Of a stretch of 46,782 nucleotides of DNA, positions 1 to 12,600 are shown piece after piece. Source of the stretch: Eledone cirrhosa (Eukaryota); contig CAXHJY010001542.1 in assembly GCA_964016885.1 (NCBI GenBank), positions 1-46,782 of the forward strand. The letters run 5' to 3'. Under the pieces are notes generated by a model, which searched no databases, was not told where the DNA came from, and saw nothing but the letters and a program-made list of their open reading frames with translations. The position numbers were made by a program, and so were the translations under genes. Numbering within the stretch: the stretch's first letter is position 1; the number at the start of each line of letters is the position of its first letter.

Positions 1-3000
1 ACTAAAAGGCTGTAACGGCACCATAAATGACTAAAACGTCTCTAAAATGGCTAAACCACTGCTCAAATTAGTAAAACGACTCTCAACTGTCTAAAATCCC
101 TCTAAGATGGCTAAAATACTCCTTAAATGAGTAAAACCACTCTAAAATGGCTAAAACGACGCTAAAATGTGTAAAATGACTCTATAGGGCTATAACGGAC
201 TCTATATTGCTAAATGACACTAAAAGGGCTGTAACGGCACCATAAATGACTAAAACGTCTCTAAAATGGCTAAAACACTGCTCAAATTAGGTAAAACGAC
301 TCTCAACTGTCTAAAATCCCTCTAAAATGGCTAAAACACTCCTCAAATGAGTAAAACGACTCTAAAACGGCTAAAATGATGCTAAAATGACTAAAATGAT
401 TCTATAGGGGTTATAACGTACTCTACAATTGATAAAATGACACTAACAGTGCTGTAACGGCACCATAAATGACTAAAATCACTCCAATTTACTAAAACGA
501 CTCTAAAACGGCTAAACCACCTTCCTTAAATGAGTAAAAACCACTCTAAAATGGCTTAAACGACGCTAAAATGACTAAAATGACTCTGTAAGGGCAATGA
601 CGGACTCTATATTTGATAAAATGACACTAAAGGTGCTGTAACGGCACCATAAATGACTAAAACGACTCTCAAATGTCTAAAATCCCTCTACAATGGCTAA
701 AACACTCCTTAAATGAGTAGAACCATTCAAAAATTGCTAAATGACTAAAATGACTCTATAAGGGCTATAACTGACTCTATAATTGATAAAATGACATTAA
801 AGGGCTGTAACGGCACCATAAATGACTAAAACATCCTCAAAATGGCTAAATAACTCCTTAAATTAGGCAAACGACTCTCAGCTGTCTAAAATTCCTCTAA
901 AATGGCTAAAACACTCCTTAAATGAGTAAAACGACTCTAAGACGGCTAAAATCATGCTAAAAGACTAGAATGACTCTATAAGGGCTTTAACGGAATCTAC
1001 AATTGATAAAATGACACTAAAAGGGCTGTAACGGCACCATAAATGACCAAAATGACTCTAAATTGACTAAAACGACTCTAAATGGTTAAAATCACTCTGA
1101 AATGGCTAAAACACTCATTAATGAGTAAAACCACTCTCAAATGGCTAAAAATGACGCTGAAATGGCTAAAATGACCCTATAAGGCCTATAACGGACTCTA
1201 TAAGTGATAAGATGACACTAAAAGGGCTGTAACGGCACCATAAATGACTAAAACGTTTCTCAAATTGCTAAAACACTCCTTGAATTAGTAAAACGACTCT
1301 CAAATGTCTAAAATCCCTCTAACATGGTTAAAACACTCCTGAAATGAGTAAGACCACTGTAAAATGGCTAAAAGGACGCTAAAATGACTAAAATGATTCT
1401 ATAAGTGCTATAACGGACTCTACAATTGATAAAATGACACTAAAAGTGCTGTAACGGCACCATAAATGACAAAAACGTCTCTAAAATTCTCAAAATTGAT
1501 TAACAGGACTCTAAAATGGCCTAAATGACACCTTAAATGACTAAAACGATTCTGAATGGCTACAAAAACTTCTTAAATGAGTAAAACCACTCTAAAAACT
1601 GCTAAAGCGACGCTAAAATGACTAAAATGACCCTACAAGAGCTATAACGGACTCTATAATTGATAAAATGACACTAAAAGTGCTGTAACGGCACCATAAA
1701 TGACTAAAATGACTGAAACGACTCTAAAATGGCTAAAATACTCAAGGAAATAGTAGAGTGTAGCCCTTATAGCGACATTTTAGCCATTTTAGAGTGGTTT
1801 GAGTCAATTTAGAGTCATTTTAGTCATTTATTGTGCCGTTACAGAACTTTTAGTGTCATTTTATCAATTGTAGAGTCCGTCTATAGCACTTATAGTGTCA
1901 TTTTAGTCATTTTAGCGTCATTTTAGCCATTTTAGAGTGGTTTTACTCATTTAAGGAGTGGTTTAGCCATTTTAGAGTCGTTTTAGTCAATTTAGAGCCA
2001 TTTTTGTCATTTATGGTGCCGTTACAGCACTTTTAGTGTCATTTTAGCAATTGTAGAGTCCGTTATAGCCTTTATAGAGTCATTTTTAGCGTTATTTTAG
2101 CCATTTAGACTCGTTTTACTAATATAAGGAGTGTTCTAGCCATTTTAGAGACGTTTTAGTCATTTATGATGCCGTTACAGCCCTTTTAGTGTCATTTTAT
2201 CAATTCTAGAGTCCGTTATAGCCCTTATGGAGACATTTTAGCGTCGTTTAGCCATTTTAGAGTGGTTTTACTCATTAAGGAGTTGTTTTTAGCCATTTTA
2301 GAGTCCTTTTAATCATATGAGAGTCATTTTAGTAATTTATGGTGCCGTTTCAGTCATTTTAGTTTCATTTTAGCAATATCAGAGTCCGTTTTAGGCATTA
2401 TAGAGTCATTTTAGTCAATTATGGTGTGTTTTAGCTACTTTAGAGTCGTTTTAATAATTTGTGTGTCGATTTAGCACTCTTACAGTAGTTTTAGGCATTT
2501 TAGCGTCATTCTTGCCATTTTAGAGTGGTTTTACTCATTTAAGGAGTGTTTTAGCCATTTAGAGTCGTTTTAGTCAATTTAGAGTCATTTTAGTCATTTA
2601 TGGTGCCGTTACAGCACCTTTAGTGTCATTTTATCAATTGTAGAGTCTGTTATAGCCCTTATAGAGTCATTTTAGTCATTTTAGCATCATTCTAGCCGTT
2701 TTGGAGGTCGTTTTACTCATTTGAGGAGAATTTTAGCCATTTTAGAGGTATTTTAGACATTTGAGAGTCGTTTTACTAATTTAAGGAGTGTTTTAGCCAT
2801 TTTAGAGACATTTTAGTCATTTATGGTGCCGTTACAGCCCTTATAGAGTCATTTTAGTCATTTTAGCGTCGTATTAGCTATTTTAGAGTGGTTTTACTCA
2901 TTTAAAGAGTGCTTTATCCATTTTAGAGTCGTTTTAGTCAATTTAGAGTCATTTTAGTCATTTATGTGTGCAGTTACAGCAGTTTTAGTGTCATTTAATT

Positions 3001-3417
3001 AATTGTAGAGTCCGTTATAGCCCTTATAGAGTCATTTTAGTCATTTTAGAAATTTTAGAGTGGTTTTACTCATTTAAGGAGTGTTTTAGTCATTTTAGAC
3101 TGGTTTTACTCATTTAAGGATGTGTTTTACCCATTTTAGAGTCGTTTTAGTCAATATAGAGTCATTTTAGTCATTTATAGTGCCGTTACAGCACTTTTAG
3201 TGTCATTTTATCAATTGTAGAGTCCGTTATAGCCTTATAGAGTCATTTTAGTCATTTTAGCATCAATTTAACCCGTTTAGAGCCGTTTTACTCATTTGAG
3301 GAATATTTTAGCCATTTTAGATGGGATTTTAGACATTTGAGAGTCGTTTTACTAACGACTAAATAACTAAAATGACTCTGAAATGATTAAAACGACTTTA
3401 AAATAGCTAAAACACTA
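1..3417. repeat. Satellite A: 10-11/21-bp subunits (CTAAAATGACT-like) in ~170-235-bp higher-order units, with an internal inversion
   Basis: Landmark GCTGTAACGGCACCATAAATGAC recurs about every 170-235 bp in 1-1743. Its reverse complement recurs in 1760-3352, and the original orientation returns at ~3353-3417. Confidence 0.95.
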
Positions 3418-5260
3418 GTTCCTTCGAATTGAAGAGTTGTAGTGCTTTAGAAGCCATTTCTGTATTAAATATTGTGTATACTCTAGTATTTCCATCCAAT
3501 CTAAGAGTTCTAGCCATTTAGAAGCCATTTCTCTATTAAATATTGCATATACTGTACTATTTCCTTCCAATTGATGAGTTCCAGTCCTTTGGAAACAATT
3601 TCTGTATTTAATATTGCATATAATCTACTAATACCCTTCAAATAAAAGAGTTCTAGTCCTTTAGAAGCCATTTCTGTATTAAATATTGTATATACTCTAC
3701 TATTTCCTTCCAATTAATGGGCTTTACTCATTTAGAAGCCATTTCCGTATTAAATATAATATATAATCTGCTAATAACATTCAAATTAGAGAATTGTACT
3801 GCTTTATAAGCCATTTCTGTATCAAATATTGCATATACACTACTATGTCCTTCGAATTAATGAGTCCTATCATACTGGAAGCTATTTCTGTATTAAATAT
3901 TGCTTATACTGTACTATTTCCTTCGAATTGAAGAGTTCCAGTCCTTTAGAAACAATTTCTGTATTAAATATTGCATATAATCTACTAATACCCTTCAAAT
4001 TAAAGAGTTGTAGTGCTTTAGAAGCCATTTCTGTATTAAATATGATATATAGTACTATTTTGTCCAAATATATTTATTTTTACTCCTTTAGAAGCCATAT
4101 CTCAATTAAATATTGCACATACACTCTTATTTCCTTCGAATTAATGAGCTTTAGTGCTTTAGAAGCCATTTCTGTATTAAATATGGCATATATACTACTA
4201 TTTCCTCCAATTTTATTAGTTTTACTCTTTTAGAAGCCACTTCTTTATTAAATAGAGCACATACTCTACTATTTCCTTCGAATTGAGGAATTCTAGGCTT
4301 TTAAATGCCATTTCTGTATTAAATATAGCATATAATCTACTAATATCCCTCAAAATAATGTGTTTTAGTCCTTTAGAAGCCATTTCTACATTAAATATTG
4401 CATATGCACTACTATTTCCTTCGAACTAAAGAGTTCAAATACTTTGGAAGCTATTTCTGTATTAAATTTTGCATATATTTTACTATTTCCTCCAAATGTA
4501 TTAGTTTTAGCCCCGCAGAAGCCATTTCTGTATTAAATATTGCATATACACTAATATTTCCTTCGAATTAATGAGCTTTATTCTTTTAGAAGCAATTTCT
4601 GTAATAAATATTGTATGTATAATACTACTTCCTTCGAATTAAAGAGCTCTAGTCCTTTCCAAGCCTTTTCTGTATTAAATATCACATATATACTACTATT
4701 TCCTCCAAATACTTTAGTTTTACTCCTTTAGAAACCATTTCTTTATTAAATATTGCATATACTCTACTATTTCCTTCGAATGAGACAGTTCTACAGTTTT
4801 AGAATCAATTTCTATATCAAATATCGTATATACTCTACTAATTCACTCGAAAAAGACAGTTGAAGGCCTTTAGAAGCAATTTCTTTATTAAATATCATAT
4901 ATAATCTACTAATTCATTCGAATGAGTCAGTTCTAGTACTACAGAAGCTATTTCTATATTAACTTCTGTATATACTCAACTATTTCATTCGAATGAGACA
5001 ATTCTAGTCCTGTAGAAGTATCTACATTAATTAATGTATATAGACAACTATTCATTTCGAATATGACAGATTTAGATCTTTAGATACCATTTCTATATCA
5101 AATATTGTATATACTGTACCAATCCACTCGAATTAGACAGTTATAAGCCTGTAGAAGCCATTTCTTTATTAAATATTGTATATAATCTAGTATTTACTTT
5201 TGAATAATACAATTCTAGTCCTGTAGAAGCCATTTCGATAATAAATATTGTATGTACTGT
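3418..5260 (+). repeat. Satellite B: ~26 x 71-bp tandem repeat
   Basis: AGAAGCCATTTCTGTATTAAATATTGCATATACTCTACTATTTCCTTCGAATTGAAGAGTTCTAGTCCTTT recurs with a 71-bp period (near 3449, 3520, 3591, 3662 and onward). Confidence 0.95.
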
Positions 5261-5727
5261 GGCAGTAGCAGTAGTATGGTATGGATCTGTAACTATTGAG
5301 TGAATCGTTAGGGTGCAATATTGACATACAGCATTTTTGGGGTGTTTTTAAACCTAGCAGAGCCTATCCCCTCTCCAGGCCTATGTACAGCAGATTTCCT
5401 CCAGAGAAGGATAGAGAAAGTAAGAGAACAGAAGTGAGAAAGAGATACAGAGGAAGAATCGACCACAGTACTAGATTTGTACTGTTTTTTAGTGACCTCG
5501 AATGGATGAAAGGCCTAGTTGACCTCGGTAGAATTTGAACTAAGAGAGCAGACAGCCAAATCGAAGTACTGCCAAGTACTGCCACGTACTTTATCAGAAC
5601 TTGTAACAACTCAGCAGTAGTAGTATAAATATAAAAATTACAAGAACAACAATAACAATTTCATTTTTATTTTAAATAAGGCAGTTACCTAAATAAGTAA
5701 CAATAAAAACAACAATGGCAAAATAAT

Positions 5728-5912
5728 AATTGTTTCTACTTTAGGCACAAGGCCAGCAATTATCTCAGTGCATTACTGGTACTTTATTTAATCGACCCCG
5801 TAACGATGAAAGGCAAAGTTAACCTTGGCGTGATTTGAACTCAGATCGTAAAGGGCCATAACTCTATGCTGCAAAGCATGTCGTCCGACCCTCTACCAAT
5901 ATTGCCAATCCA
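5728..5912 (-). mobile_element. tRNA-derived SINE family 1
   Basis: Minus strand shows A-box-like TGGCAATATTGG, B box GTTCAAATC, central GCCTTTCATCGTTACGGGGTCGAT...GTACCAG and an (ATT)n tail. A diverged relative lies at ~5455-5585. Confidence 0.85.
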
Positions 5913-6260
5913 AAAATAATAATTGACACAAAGCTTTCTATTTGAAGAGAAAGGGGGAAAGCTGATTAAATTAACCCCAGTGCTTCAGAATGAGGCATAC
6001 ATACTATTATTTTTTATATTGTCTCATCATAATGGAGCGCATTTTTTTTTTTTTTTTAACATTGAAATAGGGTGAAGGACAAAAATGGTTAAGAATCATT
6101 GGGCTACATACTCTGTTGTGTGTTCTAGTTGAGGCCATGCTGGGGCATTGCCATATTAAATAACATTTTTTTATATTCACTACTCATATGGTTTGATGCT
6201 CCACCCATTCTGCCAAACCGATAATAATTAGAATTTCTCACAATTTTCTTTTAAATAAAA

Positions 6261-6340
6261 TTTATTTCTAATATCAATATAACAAAAATAACAATGTTAA
6301 TAATTGAAAAAAATATTAATGATTATGATTCTAATTTATT
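6261..6340 (-). terminator. Candidate MMP polyadenylation signals
   Basis: AATAAA on the minus strand at 6335-6340 and 6261-6266, about 70 and 140 nt after the stop. AT-rich context, so weakly diagnostic. Confidence 0.5.
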
Positions 6341-6407
6341 TCCAGTTATCTCAAAAGACACAAATGATCATGAAAAGGGTTAAGATGTTGAAACAGTGCC
6401 TTGAATC

Positions 6408-6495
6408 TTAACGGTATTTACACGGCAACAACACTTTCTTCATGGGTAAACCGTAAGAACTGACCTGCCTGTTGGAAATACTCATTTTATAAAAC
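6408..6495 (-). CDS. MMP exon 11 (terminal)
   Basis: [28 protein letters not shown], with the C-terminal hemopexin Cys. Confidence 0.88.
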
Positions 6496-7174
6496 CTGAA
6501 AGTAAGAGAAATAAAAATTACAACAACAACAACAGCAACAGTAGCTGGCAATAATAATAATTTTTTCTGAATTAGCAACAAGACTAAAAACTTTTGGGGT
6601 AAGGGAAAGTCGATTTAATCAACCCCAGTGCATTACTGGTACTTCATTTTATTGACCCCTGTAAGGGTGAAAGACAAAGCTAACTTTGGCAGAATTTGAA
6701 ACATGAAGGGTTGTAACAAAATACTGCAATGCTTTTCATCTAACATTACAGAGTGTACTTGGTGTATTTTATCGTAGCACCACCACTATCATTTTACAGA
6801 GTGGGTTGGGTGTATTTCTGGATGAGCACTCTAATCCAACATAATTCTAAAGCAGAGTTTTTGAATAAGTATATCACCGTCAATGTTTCTAAATCTGAAG
6901 GTTTACCATTGAAAAGTAGGAGGGCTGATGTATCATCCAGCGCTTCTCTCTCCCATTCCTTTCCTAGGTAAAGGACCTATATTGGGGTAATGATAACACT
7001 TGAAAGACTTTAGTGGATGGAGTTTAGCTGTGCTGTGTATAGAGCTTATGACATATCCAGAGACTTATCTCATGAGATTCAGGAATTTACCTCAGAGAAC
7101 TGGAGACAGCAATGTAGAGGAATGCCCGGATTGTGGAGGAATTGTTGAGAGTGTTCCAACCAGCAACAGGTTGA

Positions 7175-7231
<57 letters not shown>

Positions 7232-9134
7232 TTATAACTTTGTTCCCCACCCCCCACCAACATCTCAGAAGCCTTGAAGACAGTGGCATGTGCTGCCTGT
7301 TTTTCTCTGACTAAACCATTAAAAAAAAATATCAAATAAAACCACACAATCAACTTACTTATTGTTAGATAAGAAATACAACTTATCATTTACACTTAAC
7401 ACTGAATCAATGCGTTTCGGGATATTTATAAAAAAGCGCGAAGTCGAGTAACCTCTGCCATCTGAAATATAACGGTGTTTTGGCATCAATTCCCAAAAAT
7501 ATCCCTCCTGTGGAATAGAAATTGAAGAAAAAGCATGGAAGCTTAATTATTCTTTGAAATTACTGATATCTCACAGACTTTCTTAAAAATTGCAAAATAT
7601 GTGTTTTGGACATAAACGATAACAAGAACTATGATGGTTAAAAAGGTTCACTACCTGATTATGGTAAAAATCACTAACCAAGTGCTATTAATTAATTCAT
7701 TGTATATATATATATATATATATAATTATTTCAAGTAAAATACATTAGTTGATCAATTAATCAACCAACTAGTGTGTAAACAGACATAAGCACTCCATGT
7801 CATGGCTACCTCAAGGTATTACCTCTAAGGTATCAGACGGAATGTCAATATTATATACACAGTGGAACCTCAGTTCAAAAATTTAATTCGTTCCTAAAGG
7901 CTGTTTGTCACCTGAAATGTTCATAGTGTGTGTGTGTGTGTATGCACATATGTGTGTGTGCAAGCATGTGTATGAGTCTCTTCATGCGGAATATATAAAA
8001 AAGTGAATTCCAGATGCATGTTATCATTTTTACAAGTATAGTTCATGCCCCCACCCAACTATGTTTCTCATATGAAATGTTGAGAGAAATATAGTAGAGG
8101 GAAAGACTGTATGTGACAGATATCACCATAGTAACTAACTATACAGCAAGTGATGCTTTTCTGCTGATACTCCCAGTTTGTCACCAACCATTGTTGCCAG
8201 CTGGTGCGTTCGTTACTCAAGACACTGTTTGTGAACCGAAGTTCCACTGTGTGTACACACACATATACGAATATACAAACACACACATATACGAATATAC
8301 GTACACACACATATACGAATATACGTACACACACATATACGAATATACGAACACACACATATACGAATATGCTTTAACGCCTCTTGAAAAAATATGATTA
8401 AATATTCACTTTGCACAAATAACACGCTATAATGCATGTGGGTTTTAATTTTTTTAAATTACACTTGAATTACGCAAATTTGCTTTAAGCACGGCATACA
8501 TGGATGCATCTTTGCGTAAAAAGCGAACGTCCCTTCAATCTTTCTAATTTCTCATTCTTTCTTCTGATGAAGAACTAGTGTCCGAAACGTTAAGACCCTC
8601 TTCCTACTATTTCAAGCATTAAACTAATATATTTCTTCCATATACTGTACTGATTGTGTTTACCTTTTACATACATATATGTATGTATGTGATTTGTATG
8701 TATGTGTATATATATGTATGTGTGTGTATGTATATATGTATATATGTCATGTCTTTAACTCACTTTTATTACAAAAATCCTGACAGATTTGTGATAGCCA
8801 TACGTTGTGGTCAGGCCCATCATGGCCTCCATATGTGCAGCATTACTGTTTGACAGTGTTATTGGGTAATTATATTCAAGTGTGAAAGCTGTGCCAGTAT
8901 TTCGAACTCCAAAGGCCCACAATCTTCTACCTAAACAAATGAAATAAAATAAATTTACATATTTACTATAATGGAGCTAAATGCTATATATATATATATA
9001 TGTCAGACATCTTGAAATATATATATATATATTAGTAAAAGGAAAAGAAAATGCTGACAATATATATATATATATATTGTCAGCATTTTCTTTTCCTTTT
9101 ACTAATATATATATATATATATTTCAAGATGTCT

Positions 9135-9171
<37 letters not shown>

Positions 9172-9662
9172 GTTATTCCGGGTTGAATCGGAGGTAACCA
9201 CAGTAAGTAAGGTACTCAATACATAGCAGAGTATAACAGTTTTAATATAGATGAGATTCTACAGGACTAGAACTGTTTCATTCATTAGAAATGTGATTCC
9301 TGATGATTTCTAATGAATGAAACAGTTCTAGTCCTGTAGAATCTCATCTATATTAAAACTATATATATATATATATATATTAGAATTGGTGCTCTGAAAT
9401 AGCTATATATATATGAATGTATAGTGTATTTTGCAATACACTGTGTGCTTAATTAAAAGCATTTCGAAGACTTTATGCTATTGTTTTAGAGTAGTGACAG
9501 TCTCACTTACTTTAATTTTCAGCAAACAGGGGAGATAAAGCTTTATCTCCCCTGTTTGCTGAAAATTAAAGTAAGTGAGACTGTCACTACTCTAAAACAA
9601 TAGCATAAGGTCTTCGAAATGCTTTTAATTAAGCACACAGTGTATTGCAAAATACACTATAC

Positions 9663-9696
<34 letters not shown>

Positions 9697-12600
9697 CATA
9701 AGCTAAATATTAACATACATACCATAAGCTAAATAGACTTCATTTGTTTCCTCAGAATAGATGGCAGCTTCTACACGGCCAGGACCATGTTTAAAGACGG
9801 TGTTAATAGAGAACTTGCGACCAGTTTCACTGCTGATCACATATTTCTGGTCAACGAACACATAATCAACTCGGTTTAAAACTATAAAAGGAGGAAGGAA
9901 ACAATTTAAAACAATTTCAAACAATTTCAAACATGGTGGATCGTTGAAGAATATCACTGAGCCATATAGATAACTTTGAAATGAAGGAGATGATGGTGAT
10001 GATGATGGTGATAATGGTGATGGTGATGATTATGATGGTGATGTTGATGGTAATGGTGGTGATGGTGATGATGGTGATGGTGGTGATGATGGTGATGGTG
10101 GTGATGATGATGGTGGTGATGGTGGTGATGATGATGGTGGTGATGGTGATGATGGTGATGGTGGTGATGGTGATGGTGGTGATGGTGATGGTGGTGATGG
10201 TGATGGTGGTGATGATGATGGTGATGGTGGTGGTGATGGTGGTGATGATGATGGTGGTGGTGATGATGGTGATGAGGAGGAAGGAGGAAGAAAGTGAAGG
10301 CAAGTGTGAGGTGGAGAGTTCAATATGTGGTGGGGACAGAGGTTTGAGAGGGAAGGGAGGAGAGTATGGAGGGTGTAAGAAGTAAGGGAAAGGTAAATAC
10401 GAAAGGAGGAGGGTGAAGGGGTGAGTAAAAGGTGGAGGAAGGGGTGAGGAAGAGGGGAGGTGAGTAAAAGATTGGGGGCAAGGCAAAGCAAGAGTGGGAG
10501 TAGTGTGAGTAAAAGGTGAGTAAGAAATGAATTAGATGTGGTGGGAGTGAGTACAAAGGGAAGTGCAGTAATATTGGGGTGGGGGGGGGGCACTGCGTGA
10601 TGGGGTGAAGGGGGGAGGGGCACTGTGAGATGGGGTGAGGGGAGGGGCAGTAAGATGGGGGTGAGTAGATAAGGAAATATTCTATAAAAATACAATGTCT
10701 GACCTCTCATTGTAGCAACAACTTTCCTATATTGTTGGTTACAATATCCATTTCCCATTGGCCGGCGGGTTGTTGAATCTGGTCGAGATGTCTGTCTCCT
10801 ATTACCTATAATAATAATAATTGTTTCTACTTTAGGCTCAAGATCAGCAATTTTGTGGGAGGGGAAAGTCGATTAAATCGACCCCAATGTATTACTGGTG
10901 GGATTTGAACTCAGAATGGAAAGGGCCGTAACTCTATGCGTCAAAGCATGGCGTCCGACCCTCTACCAAGGTACAAATAATAATAATAATAATAATAATA
11001 AAGAAAAAAAATTGAAGGAGCATACCATACAAACTTTGAATTCCTCTGACATCATCAACATGTAGCTTGAAGTTTGGAATATATCCACGATAATAAGGGG
11101 CCATCAGAGCTTCTGACACTTGAGAATGGGCCAGACCAAGGGCATGACCAAATTCATGTGCAGCAACAATTTCCAGGTTGGTACCCTTTTCTGTATTGAT
11201 TGTCCATTCTTCTGAATCATCAAAGTGAGTGTCACCATTGCTCGGAAAGAAAGCATGAGCAAGAACGCCACCTAGGAATGAAGAGAGTAAACATGTGATA
11301 TTTTCTAAACTTTTTTGTGGTGGAGGGGCTTTATAAAAATTGACACAAAAATGATGGATGTTGTTTAATGTAAGTATATCATCATCATTTTTACATCAAC
11401 TTTTCCAGCATGGGTCCGGCTGAACTTTTTGAGTCTGGAACCACCTGGGTTTATGATATAAAAAAACTGGTCATTTTGAAATGTTCATATTTATATTAAA
11501 ATGTTCCATCATAATTTTATTTATGAAATCTTTGCTATGTAATGTTCCAGACATCACAACAAATTAGCAGTCGTTTGGTCCTGTATTGGTACCTCCCCAC
11601 ACGGGAAGTCATTAGATCCTGTTTTGCTACCCCATTCCATGGAAAGAGGTAAAGAGAATGTCTCAAGATAAACTGGCAACAGACAATCCACAGAGACCTG
11701 AAATCCGTCAACAAAAGTTTGAATGATGTATTGATAGATGTAACTGACCGTGGTCATTGGAGCACTTTGGCTGCCTCATGTGCCTCAAGATTTGGGAGCT
11801 TACTAAAGCAAATGGTGTAGATCTATGTCTTATTGGTTTCCTGATAACAACATAAATGTCTGAAGGCTGCCACTCTACCCCTATCCTAATATGCCACCCA
11901 CTTTGTAGTTCGTTTGTCTCATTAGATTCTTAAAATTTCTAAAATTAATCGAAGCACATAGGCTGTGTATTTCATTACAAGTTTTTCCTCATCATATCAG
12001 TTTCAGTTCAGTGGTCTCATTTGCACCAATCTGGTACTTTGTCAAACCCACAAAGACTAGGTGTTTTTAGAGGCAGCCTTAACTCACCTCGTCGTATCTA
12101 TATCACTGGGCTGTGAGAATTTTCTTGGTAGCTACAGGTGTCACCCATTGCTCCATCCCCCTTAGTAGTTTACTACTGTTGGTTCTGAGTTGCTTATTCG
12201 TCCAGTGGTTGCTCGCTTATACCGTAACTAGCCATCATATCTGGTGGCCATATTGCTATCTACCACTTGTGATCCATTCTCTAGCAAAACAACTCTTCAT
12301 TAGAAGTACAGCAATAATAAAGTTAATGATACGATCAATATAATTATTATGGGAACTTACCTCGTCCATCAAAACTGTTTCCATCTCCGTGTTTTCCCTT
12401 AGCAAACTTGATAACAATGTCACCTCCTCTCTGGACTTGAGAGAAAATCAATGGAGTGATTCTAGACCAATGACGGAAACCCTTTTTGATGGCTTCTCTG
12501 TAGAGAGAGGAGTAGAGACAGGGATCAAACAACTAGCACATTTGTTGTTGGAACTAGTGAAGGTCCAGCATTGACACACACACACATATCATCATCATCA

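Noticed and set aside
3510-4233. ORFs in satellite B
   Set aside because: Short open frames of a 71-bp (non-triplet) repeat.
7000-7389. Poly-D/S/I ORFs
   Set aside because: (GAT)n microsatellite in MMP intron 10.
9917-10703. Pro/Ser/Thr-rich ORFs as an extended mucin-like MMP hinge
   Set aside because: They come from (GAT/GGT)n and purine tracts inside intron 7. The donor at 10703 gives the correct phase to exon 8.
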